Assembly: GCA_965207885.1 (NCBI GenBank) | Contig: OZ242311.1 | Span: 4,160,001 to 4,224,000 of the forward strand | Length of the DNA: 64,000 nucleotides | Source: Candidatus Latescibacterota bacterium | Lineage (GTDB): Bacteria; Latescibacterota; UBA2968 | Direction of reading: 5' to 3' | In this document: positions 36,498 to 46,520 of the stretch, piece by piece | Layout of the letters: each line of letters starts with the position of its first letter | Position numbering within the stretch: position 1 is the first letter of the stretch | The notes under the pieces: generated by a model | The model's database searches: none | Told to the model about the DNA's origin: nothing | What the model saw: the letters and a program-made list of their open reading frames with translations, nothing else | Program-made: the position numbers and the translations under genes

Positions 36498-37985
36498 ATG
36501 GCACATTCAAAACCCAACTTGCTCTACATCCACTCCGACCAGCACGACCCTTATGTGACGGGCTGTTATGGGGACAAAGTCGTACAAACCCCCCACCTCG
36601 ACAGCCTCGCGGCAAACGGCGTTATATTTGAAAACTGCTACTGCCCCTCGCCAATATGCGTGCCCTCGCGCATGTCCATGCTATCTGGGCGCTATCCCTT
36701 TGAAAACGAAGTGTGGACAAACTCCCATATTCTCGACTCGAGCATTCCCACATTTGCCCATGCAATGGGCGCAGGTGGTTACGATCCCGTACTCGTCGGA
36801 CGCATGCATTCCAACGGACCAGATCAGCTACACGGATATGCCCAGCGCCTCGTAGGCGATCACGGACCCAATCATTCCGGTGGTGGCGGCGTCAACCATG
36901 GGATGCTCTCGGGCACAGCAGGTCCCGCCCGCGTCAGCTTGACAAAATCGGGTATCGGGCAAAGTGCGTATCAGGTACACGACGAAGATGTAACCGCAGC
37001 AACCGTCGCGTATCTCGACCGCCTGGGCGTTAAAAAACGCGCGGGACAACCCTCAGAACCCTTCTCTCTAACCGTTGGGTTTATGCTTCCCCACCAGCCA
37101 TTTGTCGCGCGCCGCGCCGACTACAACCGCTACGACGGCCGCGTACCACCTCCCACTATCTCTGTCCCCTTCTCTGACGACCTGCATCCCCACATCAAAT
37201 CCTGGCGCGAACGCTGCGGCATTGCAACTGTCACAGAAGCCGAAATTCACCGCGCGCGCGCGGCATACTGGGCACTTGTGGATCGCATGGATTACATGAT
37301 CGGACAGATCCTCACAGCCCTCCGCCAAAACGATTTGTTCGAAAACACCCTCGTCATTTACATGTCAGACCACGGCGAACAAGCCGGCGAACACGGCCTG
37401 TGGTGGAAACAAACCTTCTACGAACACTCCGCCAAAGTACCCGCTATTCTCTCCTGGCCCGGTCACCTGTCCGAAGGCAAACGCTTTGACAACGTCATCT
37501 CTTCTCTCGACCTCAACGCCACCATGATCGACGCCATGCAATGTCCTGAACTCCCCCACTCTCGCGGGCGTTCGCTCCTGCCCCTTATGCGCGGCGAAAA
37601 CACATCCTGGGACAACCTCGCCTTCTCCGAATTTTGTCAGGATAGAGCAGGCGGTGGCGGACCCTTCTCCGCCGAAGGCGTGTACCAGCGCATGATTCGG
37701 CAGGACGAATGGAAATTCAATTATTACCACAATCAGCCCTGTCAACTCTTCAATCTGAAAGAAGACCCTAACGAATTGCACGACCACGCAAATGACCTCG
37801 CTTGTCAAAGCCTGATTAAAAATTTCACCACCCGCATCCTCGATGGCTGGGATCCCGACGCCATCGCATCTCAAATCGCCGCCCGAAACAGAGACACCCG
37901 CATCCTCACGGCCTGGGCACGCCACACCAAACCCGCAGATACGATCCGCTGGGACTTGCGCCCCGAAATGGATTATCTGGAATAG
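36498..37985 (+). CDS. Sulfatase (choline-sulfatase-like)
   Basis: 'PNLLYIHSDQH','CVPSR','SDHGE'. Confidence 0.92.
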   Translation: MAHSKPNLLYIHSDQHDPYVTGCYGDKVVQTPHLDSLAANGVIFENCYCPSPICVPSRMSMLSGRYPFENEVWTNSHILDSSIPTFAHAMGAGGYDPVLVGRMHSNGPDQLHGYAQRLVGDHGPNHSGGGGVNHGMLSGTAGPARVSLTKSGIGQSAYQVHDEDVTAATVAYLDRLGVKKRAGQPSEPFSLTVGFMLPHQPFVARRADYNRYDGRVPPPTISVPFSDDLHPHIKSWRERCGIATVTEAEIHRARAAYWALVDRMDYMIGQILTALRQNDLFENTLVIYMSDHGEQAGEHGLWWKQTFYEHSAKVPAILSWPGHLSEGKRFDNVISSLDLNATMIDAMQCPELPHSRGRSLLPLMRGENTSWDNLAFSEFCQDRAGGGGPFSAEGVYQRMIRQDEWKFNYYHNQPCQLFNLKEDPNELHDHANDLACQSLIKNFTTRILDGWDPDAIASQIAARNRDTRILTAWARHTKPADTIRWDLRPEMDYLE

Positions 37986-37993
37986 CGGTGCCT

Positions 37994-39136
37994 ATGAAAA
38001 CCGAACTCACCAGACTCGATTTGGCCTGCTGGGGCGGGTTTATGATGTTTGCCACCAGCGGTGTTGTCACCCCGATATGCCTGCCCGAAATATCCAGAAC
38101 CCTGTCCATCTCCCTCTCTGAAAGCGGCGGCCTGGAAACCGCGCGAACATGTCTTTTGCTCGTCGTCTTAATCCTGTCAGGCATCCTCGCGCGCAAATGG
38201 GGCAAAAAACATTTTGTGACCTATGGGCAATATCTCCTCGCCATCGGCCTTCTCATGATCAGCTATGCCGACAGCTATCCCATGCTCATCCTGTCCCTCA
38301 TGGTCACCGGCATTGGCGGTGGATTCACCGAAGCCCTCATCAATCCCCTGATCATCGACATTCACCCCAAAGACTCGGGCAAATACCTCAACATCACCAA
38401 CGCATTTTACCCCGTCGGCGTCCTGGTCTCCGCGCTCCTCTTTGGCGAACTCTTGACCCTCGGATATTCCTGGCGGCTCGTGTTTCGCATTGCCGCAGCA
38501 GGCGCGCTTTCCATGGGCATCTTATTCCACCTATTGCGCTTTCCCATACCCGTAGCAGATCAGCAATCATCCAAACACCTGATTGCACAAATCCTCAAAA
38601 CGCCCAAATTTTGGCTCTTTGCCATCGCCATATTTTTGGGCGCAGGTATCGAAGCGGCATTCACATTCTGGAGCCGCAGCTATGTGGAAACCTACCTCCA
38701 GGACATGCCCCGCGCCGGTGCAATTGCAGTTGTCCTCTTTGCGATCACAATGGCTCTGGGCCGCTTGCTTTCCGCAAAATTGTCCCAGATGATCAGCCTG
38801 AAAACCCTGATGCTCGGTTCCGCTATCCTCGGTGTCGTCGTCAGCAGCGGTATCCCCTTCTCCGAAAATCTGATCGGATTTTACATCCTGCTCCTTTTCG
38901 CTGGATTTGCAACCGCCTGCTTCTGGCCCACCATACTCGCCGAAGCCGCAGAACACCTGTCCTTTGACACCACTCTGCTCTTTGTCGTACTCGCCTGCTT
39001 TGGCATTGCCGGATTTGGCATCATCCCCTGGATCATGGGCGTTATCGGAGACACCGCCAGCCTGAAAGCGGGTTTCTCTGTTATTCCCGGCCTCTTTATC
39101 GGCTTAATCGTTGTACTCGCCATCACGAGGCGTTAA
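37994..39136 (+). CDS. MFS transporter
   Basis: About 12 hydrophobic helices; MFS motif-A-like 'SGILARKWGKK'. Confidence 0.85.
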   Translation: MKTELTRLDLACWGGFMMFATSGVVTPICLPEISRTLSISLSESGGLETARTCLLLVVLILSGILARKWGKKHFVTYGQYLLAIGLLMISYADSYPMLILSLMVTGIGGGFTEALINPLIIDIHPKDSGKYLNITNAFYPVGVLVSALLFGELLTLGYSWRLVFRIAAAGALSMGILFHLLRFPIPVADQQSSKHLIAQILKTPKFWLFAIAIFLGAGIEAAFTFWSRSYVETYLQDMPRAGAIAVVLFAITMALGRLLSAKLSQMISLKTLMLGSAILGVVVSSGIPFSENLIGFYILLLFAGFATACFWPTILAEAAEHLSFDTTLLFVVLACFGIAGFGIIPWIMGVIGDTASLKAGFSVIPGLFIGLIVVLAITRR

Positions 39137-40659
39137 TCACCTGGCGGCCAAACTGTTTTTTTCGTATATGCCTCTTTCAGATCGCGCCAATACCGTCTGC
39201 CTTTGTGAACCAGATTTGTCGGCGCAAACCGCTTGTTCAAACCCTTCTCGTGACTCGACCGCCCCGTATCGGTTCGATATTGCAACGTGAACCGCATCAA
39301 TTGTGCGAGCAAATCAAAACGCGCATCTGCATATTCTGGATCGGCCCAAACATTTTCGATCTCACCCGGATCATTGCGGTGATCGTACAACTCGCCCTCA
39401 TCCAGGCTCCCGTAAAATACCAGCCGAAAATCGCGCGTGCGAATCGCCGACACCTTGCCCCCGGGATTGCCCCAATCCCACTCGCAAAATGCCGCGTCTT
39501 TGCCATCTGCTGTACCATTTACAAAAGGAATCAAATCGCGCCCATCGCGCCCATTGGGAATGGGAATATCGCAGAGACGACACAGCGTGGGATACCAATC
39601 GACCGATTCGACAATAGCATCACATGTCGCGCTCGATGGACCACCCGGATAGCGCAAGACAAAAGGAATGCGGTGAATCGAATCGTAAATCCCAAAATTC
39701 TTGTGAAACAACCCGTGGTCACCCGCAAAATCCCCGTGATCCGCGCAATACAACACCACGGTATTTTCCAACTCCCCCACCTCGTCCAGATAATCCAGCA
39801 CCCGCCCAATCTCGGAATCAATCGCCGTAATCAGCGCGTAATAACTCGCCAAACAGCGCTTCAAGCGATCGGGATTGGGATCGGCCAATGGATACCCACA
39901 CCCATCGGCCAAGCGCTCTTGCATAAACTCGGGCTTGCCGGCAAAGCGACGCTGAAAATAATCAATCGCACTATTGGGCAACACCATCTCATCGGGATTG
40001 TACATATCAAAATGCTCTGCCGCAGGCGCAATCGGTGCGTGAGGCCTTTGAAAACTCATGTGCAAAAAAAATGGGCGCTCATCGTCTCGCTCCTTCAAAA
40101 ACGCCAGCGACTCATTGCCCGTATAATGCTCAATCGAATGCTGATATGGCAGTTTGGCCGGCGCACTGCCATCCATTGTATATTCCTGCCCGGGTCTGGC
40201 CGAGCCTTCTTCGTAAAAATTCGACAACCCCAGATCTTCCAGATACTTAAAATAGTGCGTCTCGGTTGGATCCAAATGCGTCGCATCGCACAAATCCGTA
40301 TATCTGATACGCTCAAAACCATCTTCATCCCAGCGGCGAACCATGTGCGCCTTGCCAATCACAGCCGTTTGATACCCATATCTCCGAAACTGACACGCCA
40401 GCGTATTGGGATTCGCCTCGGGAATCTCCGAATGATCATTGCCAAACATCCGATGTGTGTGACAATACTGCCCGGTCATAAAACAGATCCGAGATGGCGA
40501 ACAAATCGGATTATTGCAAAAAGCGCGTGTAAACACCACCCCCTCATCCGCAATGCGATCCATATTGGGCGTCCTGACATTTGGATGCGCTGCAAATCCT
40601 GTGCAATTGGCATTGTGCTGATCCGACATCAGCCACAAAACATTGGGTCTTCGCGCCAT
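39133..40659 (-). CDS. Sulfatase
   Basis: AAGGAG RBS; 'RPNVLWLMSDQH','CSPSR','GKAH','ADHGD'. Confidence 0.92.
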   Translation of the reverse strand: MARRPNVLWLMSDQHNANCTGFAAHPNVRTPNMDRIADEGVVFTRAFCNNPICSPSRICFMTGQYCHTHRMFGNDHSEIPEANPNTLACQFRRYGYQTAVIGKAHMVRRWDEDGFERIRYTDLCDATHLDPTETHYFKYLEDLGLSNFYEEGSARPGQEYTMDGSAPAKLPYQHSIEHYTGNESLAFLKERDDERPFFLHMSFQRPHAPIAPAAEHFDMYNPDEMVLPNSAIDYFQRRFAGKPEFMQERLADGCGYPLADPNPDRLKRCLASYYALITAIDSEIGRVLDYLDEVGELENTVVLYCADHGDFAGDHGLFHKNFGIYDSIHRIPFVLRYPGGPSSATCDAIVESVDWYPTLCRLCDIPIPNGRDGRDLIPFVNGTADGKDAAFCEWDWGNPGGKVSAIRTRDFRLVFYGSLDEGELYDHRNDPGEIENVWADPEYADARFDLLAQLMRFTLQYRTDTGRSSHEKGLNKRFAPTNLVHKGRRYWRDLKEAYTKKTVWPPGD

Positions 40660-40763
40660 AAATTTCTCCTTTCGCAGTGTATGTGTTTGCAGACTGTAAG
40701 ATAAAACATTAAATTGTTTCAAACTTGATCAGAATGAATCGATCTTTTGCATAGGAAAAAACC

Positions 40764-42098
40764 ATGTTTTTTGACAACATCGCGCTCGGCGTACCCAGCA
40801 TTTTGCTCCCAAACCCCGAAATCGACTGTAGCAAATGGGCTGTCATCGCTTGTGACCAGTATGTACACGACATATCGTATTGGGAAGAAGTCAAACGCAT
40901 TGTGGGAGACACGCCATCAACCCTGGACCTCATCTATCCCGAAGTCTATCTCTACGACGACGAACACGAAGAACGCATTACCCGCGTACACAACAACATG
41001 AAACGCTTTGTCACCGATGGCATTTTTTGCGACGAAATCGAAGGCTTTTTGCTCGTTGATCGCATGCTGCCCTCGGGAAAATCGCGCAAGGGCCTTGTCG
41101 TAACCCTCGACCTCGAGCATTACGACAGCCGCAGCCAGTCCAAAACCCTCATCCGCACAACCGAGGGCACCTATCCCAAAAACCTTGAAGCGCGTTTTGA
41201 AGTTCGGGGCAACGCCTCGCTCGAATCACCACATATTTTAGTACTCATCGACGACCCGAAAAAAGAAATTATCGAACCCCTCTTTGACGAAGGCCATCCC
41301 AAGATCGTCGATTCCGAACTCATGATGAACGGAGGACAACTCAAATATCACTTAATCGACGGCCAGAAAGACATTGCACGCATTGCCCAAAAACTCGCCA
41401 AACGCATTGAACTCGATTACATCCAGCAAAAATACGGCGTCGAAAACGAAACACTCCTCTACGCCATGGGGGATGGCAACCACTCATTTGCCGCCGCGCA
41501 AAAAGCCTGGGAAAAAACCAAATCAACACTCAATAACAAGTCAGCACGACATCCAGCCAGACATGCTATGGTCGAATTGATCAACCTGCACGACGACGCG
41601 ATAGATATAGAACCAATTCACAGACTGATCACCCGCGTTGATCCACACACCGCCTGCAACACCCTCATCGCATTGCTCAATACATCGGGCACCCGGGCGC
41701 ATCTGGAAAAAGTCTCATCCCCCGACGCGCAACATCAGCGCACCGCAGCCCTATCATCTGCATCCACCTATTGCCTCCCCTACCGCGCCGCGGGAGACCT
41801 GGGCATACTCGTAATTGAAAACCCATCTCAAAGAACCATACCCGAAACAATGGAAGCCGCGCTCGACCTGTTCACGCGAGAAAACACCGAAGCCGAAGTC
41901 GGATTCATCCACGGCGAAGACGTAATCGACGACCTGGGCAACAAACCCGACGCACTCGGTTTTTACATGCCACCCATTTCAAAAGACAGCGTATTCGAGT
42001 CTATTGTCCGCCACGGCGCATATCCCCGAAAATCCATATCCATTGGACACGCCGACGAAAAGCGTTACTATATGGAATGCCGAAGCCTTGCATACTAA
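40764..42098 (+). CDS. DUF1015-family protein
   Basis: 'KWAVIACDQY','IRTTEGT','LESPHI','AMGDGNHS','YPRKS.SIG.A.EKRYYME'. Confidence 0.85.
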   Translation: MFFDNIALGVPSILLPNPEIDCSKWAVIACDQYVHDISYWEEVKRIVGDTPSTLDLIYPEVYLYDDEHEERITRVHNNMKRFVTDGIFCDEIEGFLLVDRMLPSGKSRKGLVVTLDLEHYDSRSQSKTLIRTTEGTYPKNLEARFEVRGNASLESPHILVLIDDPKKEIIEPLFDEGHPKIVDSELMMNGGQLKYHLIDGQKDIARIAQKLAKRIELDYIQQKYGVENETLLYAMGDGNHSFAAAQKAWEKTKSTLNNKSARHPARHAMVELINLHDDAIDIEPIHRLITRVDPHTACNTLIALLNTSGTRAHLEKVSSPDAQHQRTAALSSASTYCLPYRAAGDLGILVIENPSQRTIPETMEAALDLFTRENTEAEVGFIHGEDVIDDLGNKPDALGFYMPPISKDSVFESIVRHGAYPRKSISIGHADEKRYYMECRSLAY

Positions 42099-42146
42099 AC
42101 CATAATTTATAACGACCTCAATAGCAATCTCGATATGAGGGGATGT

Positions 42147-43388
42147 ATGACTGAGATATACGACATGATCATTGTTGGCGCAGGACCAGCAGGCGCGACA
42201 GCAGCGTTATATGCCCATCGCGCGGGACTCAATGTCTGTCTGGTGGATAAAGCGCAATTCCCTCGGGATAAAATCTGTGGCGACGCACTATCGGGTAAAG
42301 TCGTATCGATTTTACACGAACTCGACTTATTCGATCAGATCGCGCGATTGCCTGGCGCGACTATTCGAGAAGTCGTATTTGGCAGCCCGAATCACGTAGA
42401 TGCGCGTGTGGATTTGCGGCGGTATGACCACCGGGATCAGGCCACGGGTAAAATACTGCCAATGGAAGGGTTTGTGATTCGGCGCGAGATACTGGATAAT
42501 TTTCTCTTTGAAGAAGCAAAAAAAGTTGTACGCACCTGTTATGAGGGATTTGCCGTTAAAGACCTGATACGAGAAAACGAGCAAATTGTAGGCGTGCGCG
42601 GCGTGGTGGATGGCAGAGAACGAGAAATACAGGCCCGCGTCGTGCTCGGTTGCGATGGTTTTAATTCAATGGTCGCACGCAAAGCGGGATTGTACGCCCA
42701 TGAATCCGTACATTGGGTCGTAGCGATTCGCTGCTATTACGAAAATGTGGCGGAATTGGGGAATCAAATCGAGTTGCATTTTGTAGATGAAGTCTTGCCG
42801 GGTTATTTCTGGATTTTCCCATTGGAAAATGGAACGGCAAATGTGGGCATTGGCATGCGTCACGATGTATTGAAAAAGCGACGTGTGGATTTGAAAGTAG
42901 CACTAAACGAAGTAATCAACCGCTCGCCTTATGCCCATCGGTTCAAAAATGCGCGACCAACAGAAGACCCGGTGGGATGGAATCTGCCTGTTGGAAGCAC
43001 CCGTCGAAAAAGTTATGGGAATGGCGTATTGCTTTTGGGCGATGCCGCGGGATTGATCGACCCCTTTACGGGCGAGGGAATTGGCAATGCGTTGTATTCC
43101 GCGCGTTTTGCCGTGGATGCCTTGCAAGAAGCCATTGCCGCAGACAATTATTCAGCAGCTTTTTTGAAGCAATATGAAGACCGATTATGGGATGCAATAG
43201 GCGATGAATTGGCGACAAGCACGCGAATGCAAAAATTGGGACAATGGCGTCCCCTGCTCAATTTTACCATCCAAAAAGCCGCACACAACGACAAAGTGCG
43301 CGATCTAATCTGCGGCATGATGGCCAATGCCGTCCCCAAAAAACAACTCACCAATCCCCTGTTTTATTTGAAACTGTTGTTCAGTTGA
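42147..43388 (+). CDS. Geranylgeranyl-reductase-family FAD oxidoreductase
   Basis: 'VGAGPAG','FPRDKICGD','GYFWIFP','GDAAGLIDPFTGEGI'. Confidence 0.9.
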   Translation: MTEIYDMIIVGAGPAGATAALYAHRAGLNVCLVDKAQFPRDKICGDALSGKVVSILHELDLFDQIARLPGATIREVVFGSPNHVDARVDLRRYDHRDQATGKILPMEGFVIRREILDNFLFEEAKKVVRTCYEGFAVKDLIRENEQIVGVRGVVDGREREIQARVVLGCDGFNSMVARKAGLYAHESVHWVVAIRCYYENVAELGNQIELHFVDEVLPGYFWIFPLENGTANVGIGMRHDVLKKRRVDLKVALNEVINRSPYAHRFKNARPTEDPVGWNLPVGSTRRKSYGNGVLLLGDAAGLIDPFTGEGIGNALYSARFAVDALQEAIAADNYSAAFLKQYEDRLWDAIGDELATSTRMQKLGQWRPLLNFTIQKAAHNDKVRDLICGMMANAVPKKQLTNPLFYLKLLFS

Positions 43389-43398
43389 ACAAGCTGAC

Positions 43399-44904
43399 CT
43401 AACCAAACGCCTTTTGCAAATACGCCAGATCGAGTTCGGGATAAACCGGGAATCGATCGAGAAGATTGGCGATCCTCTGTTGGGCGTCTTCGAGCACACC
43501 GTCCTGGACTCTGTATTGGATCTTGCTGTATTGCCCCGCACTTCTGCCCTTCGTAAACCGCAATGGCCGCGCCTGGGTGAGCACATTGCCCATAATCGCG
43601 CCGATCTCTCGCATCTCTTCCGCCCCCATACCAAGCGTCGTAAGCGCCGGAGTGCCCACCCTCAGACCACTGGTGTACCATGGACCATTGGGATCAAAGG
43701 GAATGGTATTTTTATTCAGAGTAATCCCGGCATCGCGGAGCAAGGTTTCGGCCTGGCGACCCGTGAGATTGAAAGGCGTAACATCAACCTGAAGCAAATG
43801 ATTGTCAGTACCCCCAGTAAGAACTGTAAGCCCCGCATCCATACACGCCTGGGCGAGCACCCGGGCATTATCGACAATACTGGCGGCATAAGCACAGAAT
43901 TCAGGCGTACTCGCCTCCTCAAACGCGACAGCTTTGGCCGCCATCACATGGGGCAGTGGACCGCCGAGCACCATCGGGCAACCCTTATCGACCTGCTCGG
44001 CAAATTCTTCCGTACACAAAACCATACCCCCCCGTGGCCCCCGCAGAGTTTTGTGCGTGGTCGTGGTAACGACATGGGCATGGGCAACCGAATCAAAATC
44101 GCCCGCAAAAACTTTACCGGCCACCAATCCGGCAAAATGCGCCATATCCACCATAAAAACAGCCCCCACTTCATCGGCAATTTCCCGGAAAATGCGGAAG
44201 TTAATTTTGCGCGGATAAGCACTATAACCCGATAGAAGAATCAAAGGTTTAACGGCTCTGGCCTGGTCGCGGACTTCATCGTAGTCGATCAGGCCAGATT
44301 CTTTATTCACCGTGTATGCATGCGCCTCAAACATGCGGCCGGACACATTGATGCGATAGCCATGCGTGAGATGTCCCCCGGATGAGAGATCCAGCCCCAG
44401 CAGCTTTTGGTTGCCCAATTGCGTGCGAAGTGCGCCCCATGCTTCATCCGAGAGATCAAATGGCGATTTTTCCCCCATTTTTTCGAGTGCGACATCTTGA
44501 ACGCGCCCCGAAAGAATCGCCCAAAAAGCGACCATATTGGCATCTGCACCCGAATGGGGTTGAACATAAGCGTGATCCGCACCAAAGAGATCGCACGCCA
44601 GTTTTGCAGCCTGGCTTTCAATCGCATCTACATTATCACAACCGGCGTAAAAGCGGTGATCGGGAATTCCCTCGGCGTATTTATCGGTCAGCAAATTGCC
44701 CATAGCCAGTTGCGTGGACAAAGAACAATAATTCTCGCTCGCAATCATCTTGAGATTCGAACGCTGGTCGGCCAACTCGCCCACGATATTTTTTGCCACA
44801 TCGGGCGATATGGAGGCGACTTGCTCCAACGCGGCCAAATAGGCGACAAATCCGGGATTTGGGATAGGATTTTGAGACAGATAGTTGGCAAGAGGGCTGG
44901 ACAT
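43399..44904 (-). CDS. glyA: Serine hydroxymethyltransferase
   Basis: 'IASENY','DKYAEG','VQPHSG','GGHLTHG','TTTTHKTLRGPRGG','GGTDNH'. Confidence 0.96.
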   Translation of the reverse strand: MSSPLANYLSQNPIPNPGFVAYLAALEQVASISPDVAKNIVGELADQRSNLKMIASENYCSLSTQLAMGNLLTDKYAEGIPDHRFYAGCDNVDAIESQAAKLACDLFGADHAYVQPHSGADANMVAFWAILSGRVQDVALEKMGEKSPFDLSDEAWGALRTQLGNQKLLGLDLSSGGHLTHGYRINVSGRMFEAHAYTVNKESGLIDYDEVRDQARAVKPLILLSGYSAYPRKINFRIFREIADEVGAVFMVDMAHFAGLVAGKVFAGDFDSVAHAHVVTTTTHKTLRGPRGGMVLCTEEFAEQVDKGCPMVLGGPLPHVMAAKAVAFEEASTPEFCAYAASIVDNARVLAQACMDAGLTVLTGGTDNHLLQVDVTPFNLTGRQAETLLRDAGITLNKNTIPFDPNGPWYTSGLRVGTPALTTLGMGAEEMREIGAIMGNVLTQARPLRFTKGRSAGQYSKIQYRVQDGVLEDAQQRIANLLDRFPVYPELDLAYLQKAFG

Positions 44905-44964
44905 GGGAATTCTCCTCGTGTTTTGCCCGATACAAAAATAGCCCGGGCTGTGTGGATTTTCATA

Positions 44965-45047
44965 AGCCCAGGCGATCGGCTATCGGATGAAGAGCGCTGC
45001 GCTTCCCCGTGGTCGATTCCACGTTCATTCGCCAGTCACGCAGATCC
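44965..45047 (-). ncRNA. ZMP/ZTP (pfl) riboswitch in the glyA leader
   Basis: Minus strand GCGUGACUGGCG...GUGG-aaucg-ACCACGGGGAAGCGC...GCCGAUCGCCUGGGC matches the pfl consensus; glyA is a canonical target. Confidence 0.9.
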
Positions 45048-45094
45048 TTATCGATAATCAATATACAGAATTGCACACCAAAGTCAACGGTTTG

Positions 45095-46510
45095 TTAGGA
45101 CGTAAAAAAGCGCCAGCCCCACAAAATGAGGGGATATCCCGCAACAAAAATGACACGCGCAATAACACCCTCTATTGACGTATCGTGAATATGAGGAGAT
45201 AAAACGATAAAAACAACCGCTCCCGCAACACATATCTTCCCCAAACGTCCGTACTCGTAGGGAATCGGATAAAATCGACGCACGATGAGAAAAAGCAAAA
45301 CCGTCATCAAAATATGCGCGATAAGCGTACTATAGGCAGCGGCAATAAATCCAATTTTGGGCAAAAGAAAAATATTGATAGCGATATTCACACACGCACC
45401 AGTCCCCACGATAAACGGCAAAGACCCCGCACGACCTTCGGCATATACACCTGCGGTGAGAATGATATAAAGACCGTGGAAGAAAAATGCCAGCCCCACT
45501 ATAGGCACAACCCGTATGCCTTCGAGATAAGTCGGTGCATTGTCACCGGCAATCAGAACGATAATTTCGCGTGCAAAAGTGGCTAAAATCAGACAGCCAA
45601 AAATGCCGAACAGCGTGAAATACGTGGTGACACGCGCACACATCTGCCGCGTCTCTTCTTCCTCTGTTTCGTCGAGCACGGCAGGTGCCCAGGCCGAGCG
45701 AAACGCTTTAACCACAAAAAAGATGGGCAAACCGAGTTTATAGGTAATACCGTAAATACCCAGATCGTCGAGATCTAAAAAAAATCGGATCAGAAAGCGG
45801 TCAGACAGACTGATGATGAGAAAAGCAAAGGCCGAGGGCACAAACGGCAGGCCAAAACGCAGAAGTTCGCGCAACGCACGCATATCAAAAGTTGGACGAA
45901 TTAACCGCAGACCAACGGGAAACATGACAATAAGTGCAAAGAGAGAACTGATGAGATTGGCTTCAAATACCGCGATTGGCCCGCGTCCGAGAATTGCGAT
46001 AAAATAAGCGGTAAGACCGAGTTGTAGCGTGTGTTGAATCACCCGCACAATCGCATAGTGAAAGGATCGCTGCCGAGCGCGACAAAGTGTGAAAAGGGGT
46101 TCTGACAGCGCGTCCAAAAGGACAACGGCGGCAATAAGTTCGAAGATCGCACTGTAATCCGAACTGCCCAAAAGATGATGCGCGAGACTCCCGGCATTGG
46201 TACAGACCAGACTCGACAGAATAACACCTGTGGCGAACAGTGCCCAAAATGCGGAGCTAAATGCGGCGCGATGTTTGCCGAGATCGGTCTTGCCAGATAA
46301 GAGACGGATCAGCGCGGGATTTAGACCGAGAGAATAAAAAACCGCACTAAACCCGATAAATGCGAATGCCAGAGACAAAATGCCATTATCAGCAGGCGTG
46401 AGATGTCTCGCATAGATGGGCACGAGCAAAATGGACACAGCGCGACCGAGCAGATCACCCATGCCATAGACCGCCGTGTGTTGCGCGAGAGATTTGATTC
46501 GAGAGAACAT
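45095..46510 (-). CDS. Wzx-like polysaccharide flippase
   Basis: 'TAVYG....RAVSILLVPIYARHL...G','FGLP','SDRFLI'; 12-14 TM segments. Confidence 0.85.
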   Translation of the reverse strand: MFSRIKSLAQHTAVYGMGDLLGRAVSILLVPIYARHLTPADNGILSLAFAFIGFSAVFYSLGLNPALIRLLSGKTDLGKHRAAFSSAFWALFATGVILSSLVCTNAGSLAHHLLGSSDYSAIFELIAAVVLLDALSEPLFTLCRARQRSFHYAIVRVIQHTLQLGLTAYFIAILGRGPIAVFEANLISSLFALIVMFPVGLRLIRPTFDMRALRELLRFGLPFVPSAFAFLIISLSDRFLIRFFLDLDDLGIYGITYKLGLPIFFVVKAFRSAWAPAVLDETEEEETRQMCARVTTYFTLFGIFGCLILATFAREIIVLIAGDNAPTYLEGIRVVPIVGLAFFFHGLYIILTAGVYAEGRAGSLPFIVGTGACVNIAINIFLLPKIGFIAAAYSTLIAHILMTVLLFLIVRRFYPIPYEYGRLGKICVAGAVVFIVLSPHIHDTSIEGVIARVIFVAGYPLILWGWRFFTS

Positions 46511-46520
46511 AATTCACCGC

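Noticed and set aside
39205-40704. 499-aa plus-strand ORF
   Set aside because: Antisense shadow of a clear sulfatase; no motifs or RBS
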